Source: Eledone cirrhosa
Taxonomy: Eukaryota
Length of the DNA stretch: 64,000 nt
Assembly (NCBI GenBank): GCA_964016885.1
Contig: CAXHJY010000603.1
Coordinates: 1 to 64,000 of the forward strand
Direction: 5' to 3'
A program made the translations under genes and the position numbers. A model generated the notes under the pieces. It did no database searches and had not been told where the DNA came from. It was given only the letters and a program-made list of their open reading frames with translations. This document shows, one piece after another, positions 13,081 through 30,372 of this stretch; the stretch's first letter is position 1, and every line of letters starts with the position of its first letter.

Positions 13081-13906
13081 AAATGACAAAGGTGAGTCAA
13101 AATATAATGCAATTTTTGTCATAGAAAACATCATACTTCGGGACTGGGCATATCAAAAGTTCGAAATAACAGAGGTAAACTTGTTTCCATCATTATCTTT
13201 TCCTGCTTATTTCAAGATTCACTTCTTTTAATATTTTCAAATATCAATACTTCCGGCTAAGATATAATGGACGCTATATCACATTGCTTATATTTCCGTC
13301 ACTAAATTTCACCATGATGCAGTTTATATATAATATCATCTTTTTTAAATGTATCATGGACTACTTTACTGATTACAGAAGAAAGTGTAACACATTCTCT
13401 TCAATTTCTGTGGATATTGTCAATTACAATTTTATTTGAGATATCATATCTACATGTATGTATATTTGTGTATAATATCTATATACACACTACACATGCC
13501 AGCAGAAAACCAACACAACAGCAACAACAACAAAAAACAAGACAAAGATTACCAGGTAACTTACTTTTTAGTCTATTTTACATTGTTTAGTCTTATATTA
13601 CTTTCCACATTTTACGTATATGTGTGTGTATTTGTATATATATATATATATGTATTGAGTGCCTTATATGCTGTGGTTATCCCGATTTCACTCGGGATCT
13701 CACACACACACACATATATATATGTATGTTTGTCTCATCTCACACACACACACATATATATGTATGTTTGTCTCATCTCACACACACACACACATATATA
13801 TATGTATGTTTATCCCAGGTTCAATCTGGGGTAACCACAGTAAGTACGGTACTCAATACATAGCAGAGTATGAATATTTAATATAGAAATGGCTTCTAAT
13901 CAGGAA

Positions 13907-13955
13907 GCTTCCTGATGATTTCTCCCGAATGAATCAAGTCTAGTCCTGTAGAAGC
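13907..13955 (+). ncRNA. Degenerate minimal type-I hammerhead ribozyme motif inside a fold-back (13881-13966)
   Basis: GCTTC-CTGATGA-tttctcccgaat-GAAT(GAAA mutated)-caagtctagtcctg-TA-GAAGC. Same family as 52784-52832. Confidence 0.55.
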
Positions 13956-13984
13956 CATGTCTATATTAAATATAAATATATATA

Positions 13985-14120
13985 TCATCATCATCATCAT
14001 TTTACGTCCACTTTTCCCTGCTTTCAAGGGTGGGAAGGGTCCTATTCAGCACAGCATCTTGTCATGCATTTGTCACAGTCCTTCGTCATCTCCTCGCTGA
14101 GTTTCAGCGATCTGAGGTCT
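13985..14120 (-). mobile_element. RTE-B 3'-end fragment
   Basis: Reverse complement of the RTE-B terminus with a (CAT)n tail. Confidence 0.8.
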
Positions 14121-16150
14121 GATGTGGTCATCTATGTCTGATGTGGTCATCTAGCTGTCTGATGTGGTCATCTATGTCTGATGTGGTCATCTAGCTGTCT
14201 GGTGTGGTCATCTAGCTGTCTGATGTGGTCATCTAGCTGTCTGATGTGGTCGTCGAGCTGTCTCGTGTGGTCATCTATGTCTGATGTGGTCATCTAGCTG
14301 TCTGATGTGGTCATCTAGGTCTGATGTGGTCATCTAGCTGTATGGTGTGGTCGTCTAGCTGTCTGGTGTGGTCATCTAGCTGTCTGATGTGGTCATCTAG
14401 CTGTCTGATGTGGTCATCTAGCTGTCTGATGTGGTCACCTAGCTGTCTGATGTGGTCATCTAGCTGTCTGATGTGGTCATCTAGCTGTCTGATGTGGTCA
14501 GCTAGCTGTCTGATGTGGTCAGCTATGTCTGATGTGGTCATCTAGCTGTCTGGTGTGGTCATCTAGCTGTCTGATGTGGTCATCTAGCTGTCTGATGTGG
14601 TCGTCTAGCTGTCTGGTGTGGTCATCTAGCTGTATGGTGTGGTCATCTAGCTCTGATGTGGTCGTCTAGCTGTCTGATGTGGTCATCTAGCTGTCTGATG
14701 TGGTCATCTAGCTGTCTGATGTGGTCATCTAGCTGTCTGATGTGGTCGTCTAGCTGTCTGATGTGGTCGTCTAGCTGTCTGATGTGGTCGTCTAGCTGTC
14801 TGGTGTGGTCGTCTAGCTGTATGGTGTGGTCGTCTAGCTGTCTGATGTGGTCATCTAGCTGTCTGATGTGGTCATCTAGCTGTCTGATGTGGTCATCTAG
14901 CTGTCTGGTGTGGTCATCTAGCTGTCTGATGTGGTCATCTAGCTGTCTGGTGTGGTCATCTAGCTGTCTGGTGTGGTCATCTAGCTGTCTGATGTGGTCG
15001 TCTAGCTGTCTGATGTGGTCATCTAGCTGTATGGTGTGGTCGTCTAGCTGTCTGGTGTGGTTATCTAGCTGTCTGATGTGGTCATCTAGCTGTCTGATGT
15101 GGTCATCTAGCTGTCTGATGTGGTCACCTAGCTGTCTGATGTGGTCATCTAGCTGTCTGATGTGGTCGTCGAGCTGTCGTGTGGTCATCTAGCTGTCTGA
15201 TGTGGTCATCTAGCTGTCTGATGTGATCATCTAGCTGTCTGATGTGGTCGTCTAGCTGTCTGATGTGGTCATCTAGCTGTATGGTTTGGTCATCTAGCTG
15301 TCTGATGTGGTCATCTAGCTGTCTGGTGTGGTCATCTAGCTGTCTGATGTGGTCGTCTAGCTGTCTGATGTGGTCATCTAACTGTCTGGTGTGGTCATCT
15401 AGCTGTCTGGTGTGGTCATCTAGCTGTCTGATGTGGTCGTCTAGCTGTCTGATGTGGTCATCTAGCTGTATGGTGTGGTCGTCTAGCTGTCTGGTGTGGT
15501 TATCTAGCTGTCTGATGTGGTCATCTAGCTGTCTGATGTGGTCATCTAGCTGTCTGATGTGGTCACCTAGCTGTCTGATGTGGTCATCTAGCTGTCTGAT
15601 GTGGTCGTCGAGCTGTCTCGTGTGGTCATCTAGCTGTCTGATGTGGTCATCTAGCTGTCTGATGTGATCATCTAGCTGTCTGATGTGGTCGTCTAGCTGT
15701 CTGATGTGGTCATCTAGCTGTATGGTGTGGTCATCTAGCTGTCTGATGTGGTCATCTAGCTGTCTGGTGTGGTCATCTAGCTGTCTGATGTGGTCGTCTA
15801 GCTGTCTGATGTGGTCATCTAACTGTCTGGTGTGGTCATCTAACTGTCTGATGTGGTCATCGAGCTGTCTGATGTGGTCATATAGCTGTCTGATGTGGTC
15901 ATCTAGCTGTCTGATGTGGTCATCTAGCTGTCTGGTGTGGTCATCTAGCTGTCTGGTGTGGTCATCTAGCTGTCTGGTGTGGTCATCTATGTCTGATGTG
16001 GTCATCTATGTCTGGTGTGGTCATCTTGCTGTCTGATGTGGTCATCTAGCTGTATGGTGTGGTCATCTAGCTGTCTGATGTGGTCATCTAGCTGTCTGAT
16101 GTGGTCATCTAGCTGTCTGATGTGGTCATCTAGCTGTCTGGTGTGGTCAT
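14118..16150. repeat. 21-bp minisatellite (CTGATGTGGTCATCTAGCTGT) x ~97
   Basis: Tandem unit directly visible. The minus strand reads (LDDHIRQ)n; occasional shortened units shift the frame. Confidence 0.97.
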
Positions 16151-16389
16151 TGTTGTTATATAATGGTTATACAACCATTATATATATATAACAGTGAATA
16201 TGAATAAACAAAGTTAATTTTAGCCTGTTAACTTACACTTGTTTTCTATATATACTAGACCACCAGTGACCTGTTGGGTCACGTTCACTTAAATATAATT
16301 TTTAAATAATTAAAATGTACACAGACGTGTATATAATGTAACATGAAATTGGATAGCCCATATATACATATATATATCTATATATAATT

Positions 16390-17092
16390 GTTGTTGGATG
16401 CTTAAAGCATCCGTATGCGGTAGGCCGTATGAGCACTCAATGCCCTCGTAGAGCAGAGTATGACATCACAGAAAAAAGAGAATCAGTGTTGCGATGAAAG
16501 GAATTTATTGGACATATTACATATGCTTCTCGGGCGACCAGCTCGAGGCACGATCGATATGGTGATCAAACCTGACTCTGAAATCACTCGGTCGTCGGAT
16601 ACTTCTCGATTCTACGAAGCAGATTTTCCTATAAAATCTGCTTCGTAGAATAATTTTTTTCAAAATATCAATTCAAAAGTTGTCTAATTCATTTTTGTGT
16701 AAAGCATTATTTTCAAATGAGAAATTCAAAGTTTAATTATTTAAATACATGAAAATATATTTCATACTTTGTCCTAATAAAGAACTTCAGGGTAAACAAC
16801 GTAAAAGGGGCAGTGCTTTTTTTGTTGATTTACGTTTAATTAATAGAAAAACCCCGTGATAAAAGAGGTTCAAATATTCAAGTTATGGGCTTCCAATATT
16901 TTCACAATAGGGGGTTTAACCCCCGTTAGGGTATCTTAATGTTATTGAAATTTGCTGAAATTTTGTGAATAGACATCATATCTTGTCCTTTACCTATGGT
17001 TTAAATTTCATATAAATCGAAGGAAAAGATTTTTAGCGGGGGTTTGTGCCCCGGGGAAATCTTTGATTAAAATGAAATATACTTATCCGTAT
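16390..17092. mobile_element. Probable non-autonomous DNA or rolling-circle element remnant
   Basis: CpG-containing non-coding block between (TA)n tracts, with an early hairpin GGATGCTTAAAGCATCC and ATCCGTAT near both ends. Family not identified. Confidence 0.3.
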
Positions 17093-17289
17093 CTATATAT
17101 ATATATGTGTGTGTGTATATATATATGTATATATATTTATTTTATAAGATGTGTTCAATCGTCGACATCGAAAATAAATAAAACAATTTAGATTGAGAAG
17201 AAAGAATGAAATGTAAAATAAGAAAATATTTAAAAAAATGGCAAACAAAGGGAAACCGAAGGGCTCTAGTGTCACAGAAGAATGGGGAA

Positions 17290-18290
17290 GGTGATTAGGG
17301 TCTGGGACTAGGGCACGGCGTTAATGAGGGATCTACCTCCTTTGAATGGGAAGAGGCTGATTCCATCACGGCACTTGCCATCTCGGCGGTCAAGGCCCGC
17401 TGACTCCAGTTGTGATGAGAAGTCAGTTCCATCCAGGTTCCTTCTCAATATGTCGTTGAGAGCGGTAGGTTGGGGGAACCAGCCTGTACTCTGGCAGCAA
17501 CACAGTGGATGCATGCAGAGCTTGACTATGACTGCCCCACAACGGCATTTGTGTAGCACATACATGCGGAGGCCGAGGCATTGTGCCTTTCTGATGTGAG
17601 TGCACTTGTCACCATGAAGTGTACCAGTTTATGAGGAGGGCACCGAATTGAGACACACTCTGATTTTTGGCTGTGAGGTGGAGTGGAAGCAGGTGAGGTG
17701 GTGTTTGTCTAAGCCAGACTGAAAGTAGACCTACATTTGATGTCATTCTAGTTGCGTTGGATATTTGTATACTTGGGGGCAGAGGAGCCTTCGCCTGTCC
17801 AGTCGGCCAGAGCCTGTTCAATCCCTGGGACCACATCTGGTTTGGTCATCTGGCTGAGAACCTGGTTGATGAGAACACGACTGGAGGAGATTGAGGAATG
17901 GTACGCAGGTAGAGCCAGATCGAAAACTGATTGGAGGCGAGGGCAACAAACCTCACTAGGAGCTTTGCCTGTTGCCAGTCGGTGCTGTCGAAACTGACAT
18001 TGCAGATGAGTTCTGCACAACATTGGATGGTGGCATCAAGTTCTCCGAGAAGATCCGTGCGGGGGTGGCAAGGTGCACCATGCAGCATGAACATAAATTT
18101 GGGGAGGGCGAAGCAGTTCCTCAAGTATTCTCTTATGGCTTTTGAGAGAAATGGAGAGCTGAGAATGCATGCGGCATCTTTGGGTGTTAGCCAGGGCTCG
18201 GACAGGACAGGATGGGTGCTGAGTATGGCATTGTGGAATTCAGCCTCTCTGTAGTTGACGTTTGTTGCCTCACACTTGGATGGGCTCATC
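17290..18290 (-). mobile_element. Degenerate RLE-type non-LTR retrotransposon fragment, CRE-clade-like
   Basis: YLRNCFALPKFMFMLHGAPC, WQQAKL, a Cys/His knuckle (HKCRCG...HPLCC), and LNDILRRNL...LESAGLDRRDGKCRDGISLFPFKGGRSL (cf. LEP.GL.R.DGKRPDG). Frameshifted. Confidence 0.8.
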
Positions 18291-18398
18291 TCAAGTCCAA
18301 GGAGCTTTAGATAGTATTAGTAATTGGAAATAATGTTTCCTCGGTCCAATTTGATGGAAGTCGATCGACTGTCGATATATATATATATATATATATAA

Positions 18399-18554
18399 AG
18401 AAGGAAATATGGTAAGGAACCAGGTGGACCATAACGCATCAAAGTACTCAATACTTAGGGTAGTAGAGTGGGTAATAGGAACCAGTAAGACCCCGACGGC
18501 TGAGCTCAAGCCGTTTCGACGGCTTGAGCTCAGCCGTCGGGGTCTTACTGGTTC

Positions 18555-18558
<4 letters not shown>
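18399..18558 (-). mobile_element. Fold-back short element carrying the 3' half of a hammerhead (copy 1 of 6)
   Basis: Near-perfect palindrome 18477-18558 plus a shared tail TTACCCACTCTACTACCCTAAGTATTGAGTACTTTG; flanked by (TA)n on both sides. Confidence 0.75.
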
Positions 18559-18583
<25 letters not shown>

Positions 18584-18586
<3 letters not shown>

Positions 18587-19535
18587 TGGTGGACTAGGTC
18601 TAAAAATATTGGTTGCCAGGAGATAAAGGGTGCCCACCCACATATAGAATGCTATCATTTAATTTTTATAATGAATAAATTACATTTTCAAAAAATACAT
18701 AAGTGAAAACAAAACAGTGCAATCAAATATTTGCAGGAAAAATGTTTATTTTACTAATTAAAGTGTATATATATAGTACATATTACTGGCAGTATACAGT
18801 AATACTAAATGTTAATACAGAATGTTATGATTGTAATTTTAAATAATTGTGAATGTATAACATACTGTTATTTAGAGTAGAGTGTGCAAGTGACTGGTCT
18901 TATCTTCTCCAATAAAATATTTAAAATAACTTGTGAAATATACACATCCAGAGACTTTCAATAATGACCTTTGGTCTTTCACACTCACTCAATATATATA
19001 TCTGGGAGTGGGTGTATGTGTGTATATGTACATATATAGAGATTTATAAATATGTATAAATACAGGTTTTCAACTTGTACAAACATTACTTGGTGACACA
19101 TTCTCCAAGGGACTTTAGACTGAAGAACTGACCTCTAATTGATTTTACATATGTCTTTAACCCATTGATATCTAAAGTTATTTGGCCAGCAGCTCCTCTG
19201 TATCTGTAAGTGTGTATATATATATATATATGAGTGTGTGTGTGTGTCTGTGTATGTATACATGCAGCAATTAATACAGTAAGCTAGACAACCAGTGATT
19301 CTGTTAGCACTATCATATATTTTAGTTTCTATTAATTCCCTGGGGAATTGTTTGACCAATTGCTTTACTTATTTCTTTATTTATCTTTAAACAATGTTTC
19401 TTCTTTCTCTTAGACATATTGTTAAATATATTTTTGAAAGCAAAGCATTGGCCCCCTCAAATACTACAGTGGGACCTCCTGAAATGCTGCTCTGGGGCCC
19501 ACTTGCCATTGGGCAGCCAGGCATGTCCTCCACTA
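18584..19535 (-). mobile_element. Degenerate hAT-like DNA transposon derivative
   Basis: Imperfect TIRs CAGTGGTGGAC (18584) and GTCCTCCACTA (19525-19535), GGGGCC(C) subterminal motifs, and minus-strand remnants LSECER and FIGEDKTSHLHTLL resembling the hAT C-terminal dimerisation region. Confidence 0.55.
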
Positions 19536-19604
19536 TATATAAAAAATATATAAAATATGTATATATATATAATATATATATATATATTCAATATATATAT
19601 ATAT

Positions 19605-19666
<62 letters not shown>

Positions 19667-19870
19667 TATATACATATATATATACAATATATATATATAT
19701 ACAATATATATATATATACAATATATATATATATATATTCAATATATATATATATATATTCAATATATATATATATATATTCAATATATATATATATATA
19801 TTCAATATATATATATATATATTCAATATATATATATATATATATTCAATATATATATATATATATTCAA
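19536..19870. repeat. (TA)n microsatellite punctuated by CAA/TTCAA
   Basis: Directly visible. Confidence 0.95.
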
Positions 19871-22312
19871 TCATCATCATCATCATCATCACCGTTTTAC
19901 GTCCGTTCTTCCACGCTAGCATGGGTTAGACGGGTTGTCCTGTTGTGGGCAGTGTCTGGTCGGCTGACCATGCCTTGCTCATACAGGAACTGATCTGGCT
20001 TGATTTCTACAGCTGGATGCCCTTCCTAACACCAACCTCATTTACAGTGAGTGCTGGGTGCTTTTTCGTGGCGCCTACACGTCCACTTTACAGTGTGGGC
20101 TGGGTGCTTTTTTGCCGTGGCACCTCCACGACCACCTTGCGGTGGGGGGGGGGGGCATATTGTTTATATGCTTCAGCATGTACCCATGGGAGGTCGGGTA
20201 CCCTGTATTACTGCGTGACGCCAGAAGTCACGGTCGTGTGTCATTGACTTTGAGAGGTGTAGTTGGGTAAGGTCGGCTTTTATCACCTCATCCCAAGTCA
20301 TCTTGGGTCTCCCCACTCCGCGGTTTCCATCAACTTCTAGTGCTCTGCACCTTTTTATGCAGCTGTCATCCTTCATACGCATCACATGTCCATACCAGCG
20401 TAACCGCCTCTCCTGCACGCAGCATTTGATTCCTCTTATGCTCAGTCTCTCTCTCAATTCATTTATGCTTTGTCGTTCACGTATATTACTGTTACACATC
20501 CATCGGAGCATGCAGGCTTCGTTTCTCTCTAATCTACGTAAGTCTTCCACCTTCAGCGCCCAGGTCTCACTACCATGCAACATCGCTGTTCGGATACACG
20601 CATCATACAGTCTGCCTTTCATTCTGAGGGAGAAGCCTTTTGCAGCTAGCAGTGGTAGTAGTTCCCTAAACTTCTTCCATCCCGTTCTTACCCTAGTTAT
20701 TGTACTTTCTGAGCACCCACCTCCGTTGCTAATTCGGTCACCTAGGTAGCAGAAGCTGTCTACTGTTTCTACAGGGCCCTCCCAGAGATTGGTGGTACTT
20801 GTTTCCTGTGGCTGTTTGCTTGCTGTTTCAGCACAGCTGCTGCATGTGAATCCTACATTCTTAATTAAGCTTCCTGAGATCCCGCTACATCTCTTGTGTA
20901 CCCATTGTTTGCATTTGGGGCAAAGAATGGAGTTCCTACCTACACCTTTCCTACATACTGAGCAAGGCCATTTCCCTGAGGGGATCTGGGTTCTGTTTTC
21001 TCGTCTACTTATAAGGACCTTAGTCTTTGTCATGTTGACTTTGAGGCCCTTTCTCTCTAGTCCCTGCTTCCAGGTTTGGAATTTATTCTCTAGTTCTACC
21101 ATAGATTCAGCTATGAGTGCGAGGTCATCAGCATACAGGAGTTCCCATGGGCATCCGGTCTTAAACTCCTCCGTTATTGCCTGCAGGACTATGATGAACA
21201 GGAGAGGGCTAAGAACAGAGCCCTGGTGGACCCCAACCTGTACGCTAAATTCCTCGCTATACTCATTGCCAATCCTAACTTTGCTGACTGCTCCCCTATA
21301 CATGGCTTGTACCGCTTTCACAAGCCATTCATCTACTCCTAGTTTTCTAAGAGCCCACCAGATTACTGCACGTGGAACTCTGTCAAAGGCTTTCTCAAGG
21401 TCGACAAATGCCAAGTAGAGTGGCTTACTTTTAGCTAGGTACTTTTCCTGTAATTGCCTCACAAGGAAGAGCGCATCAGTGGTGCCTTTCCCTGGAACAA
21501 ACCCAAATTGCATCTCGTCTATATTCACCCGGTCCCTAATCAGCTGTGCTATAACTCTTTCTGTTACTTTCATGACCTGGTCCATCAACTTTATACCTCT
21601 ATAGTTTCCTCTATCTAGTGCATCGCCTTTACCTTTGTAGCAGTTGACAATGATGCTACTGCACCAATCTTTTGGTATGGCCCCCTCTAGTATTACCTGG
21701 TTAACGATACGTGTGGTTATAGTGTGACCTACAGACCCAGATGCCTTCAGCATCTCGGCAGCTATACCCGATGGACCGGTTGCCTTCCCTATCTTCATAT
21801 CTCTGATTGCCTTACTTACTACGCTGCCGCTGACTTGTACTGCTGGTCCCTCTATAGGGTCTACGTGGGGTAGGGTCTCTTCTTCCCATGCATTCTCCTC
21901 ATTTAGTAATCTATCATAATGACTCTTCCATGCATCTTTCTTCTCAGCACTTGTGAGGGCAAGCTCACCTTTATCATTCCGGATACACTTCTCTCCAATG
22001 ACATCACAACTATCTCTGACACACTGCCTCGCAATCTTGAATACCTCCTGTTTCTGGTCCTCACGTTGTAAAACATGCTTGAATTTTCTATCCTCTGCTT
22101 CCCTCCTAGCTAAGTATACTTGTCGCCTAGCTTCCCTCTTGGTCTCTATGTAATGTACCCTGCTCCCCCCGTTCTTCCATTCTTTCCATGCCTGTCTCTT
22201 GGCCTTGACTGCTTCATCTACCTTATTGTTCCACCACCAAGTCACTCTCCTCCTGCTTGAGGTCTTACTCCAGCCACAAACCTCATCCGTCGCCTCTAGT
22301 AAGTTATTTTTT
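19870..22312 (-). mobile_element. 5'-truncated young RTE LINE (family A) with an uninterrupted 690-aa RT ORF segment (20173-22245) and 3' UTR
   Basis: TWWWN, YKGKGDALDRGNYRGIKL, QFGF, FVDLEKAFDRV, GVHQGSVLSP, LLYADDL, PHD-like finger, RRLRWYGHV. The 3' tail ends in (GAT)n at ~19870-19890. No APE domain is present. Confidence 0.96.
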
Positions 22313-22511
22313 AGGAACTCCCAGTTCTCTTCTACGTTAAATGTCTATATATATACGTTATATATATACAATATATATATATATACAATATATATATATA
22401 TATACAATATATATATATATTCAATATATATATATATATACAATATATATATATATACAATATATATATATACAATATATATATATATACAATATATATA
22501 TATATATATAC

Positions 22512-22821
22512 ACACCACCCCGTTCTATGTAAAGTTATGTTGGTGCTGCGCCATCCAGGCCGAAACAAATGAGATCGTGTAGGTGTCACGACAAAAAAAC
22601 ACACAGTCCACGCTGTAATGTGGCCGTGTAGGCAACACGGTAAAAACCTCCCAGCCCCACACTGTAAATGTGGTTGGTGTTAGGAAGGGCATCCAACTGT
22701 AGAAAACCTGCCAGACAGTCCTATGCGAGCAAGACAATCACTCTTGCCTCAAGTGGGACTACCCCCGTCCAAACCCATGCAAGCGTGGAACACGGACGTT
22801 AAACGTTGATGATGATGATGA
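22512..22821 (+). mobile_element. RTE-C 3' UTR/tail fragment
   Basis: Matches 32740-33060; ends in (GAT)n. Confidence 0.85.
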
Positions 22822-26420
<3,599 letters not shown>

Positions 26421-26480
26421 AGAAAAGAGTAGGACACCGACGGTTGAGCTCAAGCCGTTTCGACGGCTAATTCTGAACTT
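26421..26480 (-). mobile_element. Partial half-hammerhead fold-back element (copy 2 of 6)
   Basis: GGACACCGACGGTTGAGCTCAAGCCGTTTCGACGGCTAATTCTG matches the copies at 18.5 and 31.7 kb. Confidence 0.7.
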
Positions 26481-26575
26481 AAATATATTTATATATATAT
26501 ATAAACATATATATATACAATATAGAATAAGGAAAAGCGAAGTAGTTTCAGATGTTCAAGTCCTTTAATAATAAT

Positions 26576-26649
26576 GCTGTGATATATATTTCAATGACGA
26601 CACTGGCCACACTGTTCTGTGTGTGAGTGTCGTGACATCATCAGACAGC
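26576..26649 (-). ncRNA. Minimal type-I hammerhead ribozyme motif with intact core
   Basis: Minus strand: GCTGT-CTGATGA-[stem II ACGACACT/AGTGTCGT plus CACAC/GTGTG]-GAAA-TATATA-TC-ACAGC. Stem I is 5 bp, stem III is palindromic, and the site is AUC. Confidence 0.8.
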
Positions 26650-27409
26650 TTGTTACATAATAAGGTTATGTTTCCGAGGCAATCCAAATTGAATCGACAT
26701 GGGAACGGGGGAAGTGTGTGCTTTTGGGTTCCTCATCCGTTCCCCTGTGAGTACCAATTCACCCCACCGGTCTGCACAGGCGCATGTCCGAAGGAAGTTG
26801 ACCATTAGCTACCGCAGATTTCAACGAAATTCGCTTAGTCAGTTCACCCGCTCAGTCAAACAATGGCCCACCTAGCCCTGTACCTTAGTTTACTGCTACC
26901 CATCCCGACTGTGGCAGTCAGCCGAAAGCCAGAGAAGATGGGAGAGTGTTAGTTTTTACAGGTCACAATACTACCTCTCACCAAGCGTGGACAGTACGAC
27001 TAACCATCAACTCATAAGGGAAAATAAAATTAATTCTAGGTATCATGGTTTTACATTGGAAGTTAAGATTGAGAGATGGAAATAAAAATTAAAATCCTGA
27101 ATCAAATATCAGAAATTATAAATTAAACAATTAAAAAATTAACAATTAGAAATTAAAAAAATGTTTCAAGTGAGAATCCGGATTGAGGTGAGTAAAAAAA
27201 TATAGATTGAAGTGAGTAAATAATATGGAGAGAGATGTTTAAGTAAGAAGTTCTGAGAGGGGTTCTAATGTCACAGCTACTATATCTACATATTGAACGA
27301 CAGGGCCGTACATTAGAACGGAGGGCAAACTACAGTATTCAAGGCAGTAGTCAATCTGGTACACAGTCATTATTTCCGTCACATGGAACAAAACCAAAGG
27401 AGAACAGAC

Positions 27410-27455
27410 ATAATATATATATATATATATACAATATATATATATATATATATAT

Positions 27456-27495
<40 letters not shown>

Positions 27496-28368
27496 AAATA
27501 TATATATATATATATATATACAAAATATATATATATATATATATATACAATATATATATATATATATATATACAATATACAATATATATATATATATATA
27601 TATATACAATATATATAAATACAATATATACAATATATATATATATACAATATATATATATATACAATATATATATATATACAATATATATATATATACA
27701 ATATATATATATACAATATATATATATATAAAATATATATATATATACAATATATATATATACAATATATATATATACAATATATATATACAATATATAT
27801 ATATACAATATATATATATATACAGGCATGGTCAGCTGACCAGACACTGCCCACAACAGGACAACCCGTCTAACCCATGCTAGCGTGGAAGAACGGACGT
27901 AAAACGGTGATGATGATGATGATGATGATACAATATATATATATATACAATATATATATATACAATATATATATATATACAATATATATATATATACAAT
28001 ATATATATATATATACAATATATATATATATATATATATACTTACAATATATATATATATATATATATATACAATATATATATATATATATATATATACA
28101 ATATATATATATATATATATATATACAATATATATATATATATATATACTTACAATATATATATATATATATATACAATATATATATATATATATACAAT
28201 ATATATACAATATATATAAAATATATATAAACAATATATATACAATATATATAAAATATATATAAAATATATATAAAATATATATACAATATATATAAAA
28301 TATATATATATATAAAATATATATATATATAATATATATATATATATAAAATATATATATATATATAT

Positions 28369-28404
<36 letters not shown>

Positions 28405-29016
28405 ATATACAATATATACAATATATATATATATATAGTATATATATATATATAGTATATATATATATATATACAATATATATATACAATATATATATAT
28501 ATATATATATACAATATATATATATACAATATATATATATATATACAATATATATATATATATACAATATATATATATACAATATATATATATACAATAT
28601 ATATATATATATACAATATATATATATATATATACAATATACAATATATATATATATACAATATATATATATATATACAATATATATATATATATACAAT
28701 ATATATATATATATACATATACAATATATATATATATACATATACAATATATATATATATACATATACAATATATATATATATACATATACAATATATAT
28801 ATATATATACAATATATATATATATACATATACAATATATATATATATATACAATATATATATATATACATATACAATATATATATATATACAATATATA
28901 TATATATACAATATATATATATATATACTTACAATATATATATATACAATCACCACCCCACTCTCAAAAAGTATATATGTATATATATAAATATATATAT
29001 ACATATAAATATATAT

Positions 29017-29060
<44 letters not shown>
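27410..29060. repeat. CAA-punctuated (TA)n array containing an RTE-A terminal fragment (27823-27929, +)
   Basis: TA array is visible; the insert matches the last ~105 bp of RTE-A (19870-19975 and 47172-47270). Confidence 0.95.
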
Positions 29061-29289
29061 GAAAGGTATAGAAAACATTGTAGCAAGAAGCCAACAGTAT
29101 TCCATAATATATAAGTGACTATAGAGTCAAGATGGGAAAAATAGTTAAGGTAAGATGTGGGAAAAATAATTGAAACTCAACTGAAAGAGAATCAAGAAAT
29201 AGATTCCTCCACAGAATTTAGTGAAATCCAGGGAAGAATCAATAAAGCCTTAACTCATGATAAAATAAAGTTTAAAATACTCATCCGTT

Positions 29290-29360
<71 letters not shown>

Positions 29361-29442
29361 TATGCAATATACATTTATATATATATATATATATATATAC
29401 AATATATATATATATATATATATAAAAATATATGCAATATAC

Positions 29443-29532
<90 letters not shown>

Positions 29533-29591
29533 ATATATATATATATATACAATATATATATATATATATATATATATACACTATATATATA

Positions 29592-29770
29592 ATGAAGGAA
29601 GTGTGGTAAGGAACCAGGTGGACTATAACGCACCAAAGTACTCAATACTTAGGGTAGTAGAGTGGGTAATAGGAAAAGTGTCAGGTCCCCGACAGCTGAA
29701 CTCCGGCTATTTCAACAGCTAGATCAGAACAGCTGGAGCTCAGCCGTCGGGGACCTGACTCTTTTCCTAT
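29592..29770 (-). mobile_element. Half-hammerhead fold-back element (copy 3 of 6)
   Basis: Same tail as 18399-18480, followed by an imperfect palindrome AGGAAAAGTGTCAGGTCCCCGAC...GTCGGGGACCTGACTCTTTTCCT; in (TA)n. Confidence 0.75.
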
Positions 29771-29775
29771 ATATA

Positions 29776-30185
29776 TCTGCAACTGCAGAGGATATGCGAC
29801 AGCTGGAGAGAAATGAGGCAAGCAGGCTCCGTTGGATGTGCAATGTCAACGTGTGTGAACGACCCAGCATGAATGTGTTGAGAGAGAAACTGTGTCTGAG
29901 AGGGATAGAATGTAGTGTACGGGAGAGGAGACTGAGGTGGTATGTACATGTGATGCGCATGGGGGATGACCGATGGGTACAGAAGTGCCAGGAAATGCCA
30001 GTTTAAGGAAGACGTGGTAGAGGTAGACCACGAAAAATATGGGCAGAGGTGGTGAGAACAGACCTCAGATAGCTGAAGCTCACGGTGGAGATGACGAAGG
30101 ACCGTGACAATTGGAGAGATGCTGTGTTGAAAAAGACCTGTCCCACCCTTGCAAGCAGGGAAGAGCGGACGTAAAATGATGATAA
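29776..30185 (+). mobile_element. RTE-B 3' fragment
   Basis: ATAEDMRQLERNEAS...RRLRWY and the RTE-B terminus. Confidence 0.9.
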
Positions 30186-30372
30186 TAATAATAATGATAA
30201 TAATATAAGAGAGTGTTCAGGTTTGCTTGAAGCATTGTGGTATAAGAAAAATAGTCAGTTTGGAAGCCTTGGCGATGTATAATATATATATATATAATAT
30301 ATAGATATATATATATATAAAAAATATATGTAATGTATAATATATTTATACAGAGTTGTAATTATTAATTAC

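Noticed and set aside
14118-16150. 21-bp array as a CRISPR or a hammerhead array (units contain CTGATG)
   Set aside because: No spacers. Units read CTGATGT, not CTGATGA, and there is no GAAA box.
19085-19370. Exon-like segments YRGAAGQITLDINGLK... and VKQFPRELIETKIYD... with apparent splice sites
   Set aside because: They lie inside hAT-like TIRs and the first runs in frame, through stops, into the SECER motif. Better explained as decayed transposase than as host exons.
29060-29290. Plus-strand [29 protein letters not shown] segment, and unique-looking 27240-27410
   Set aside because: No recognisable motif or convincing splice pair; could not be assigned.
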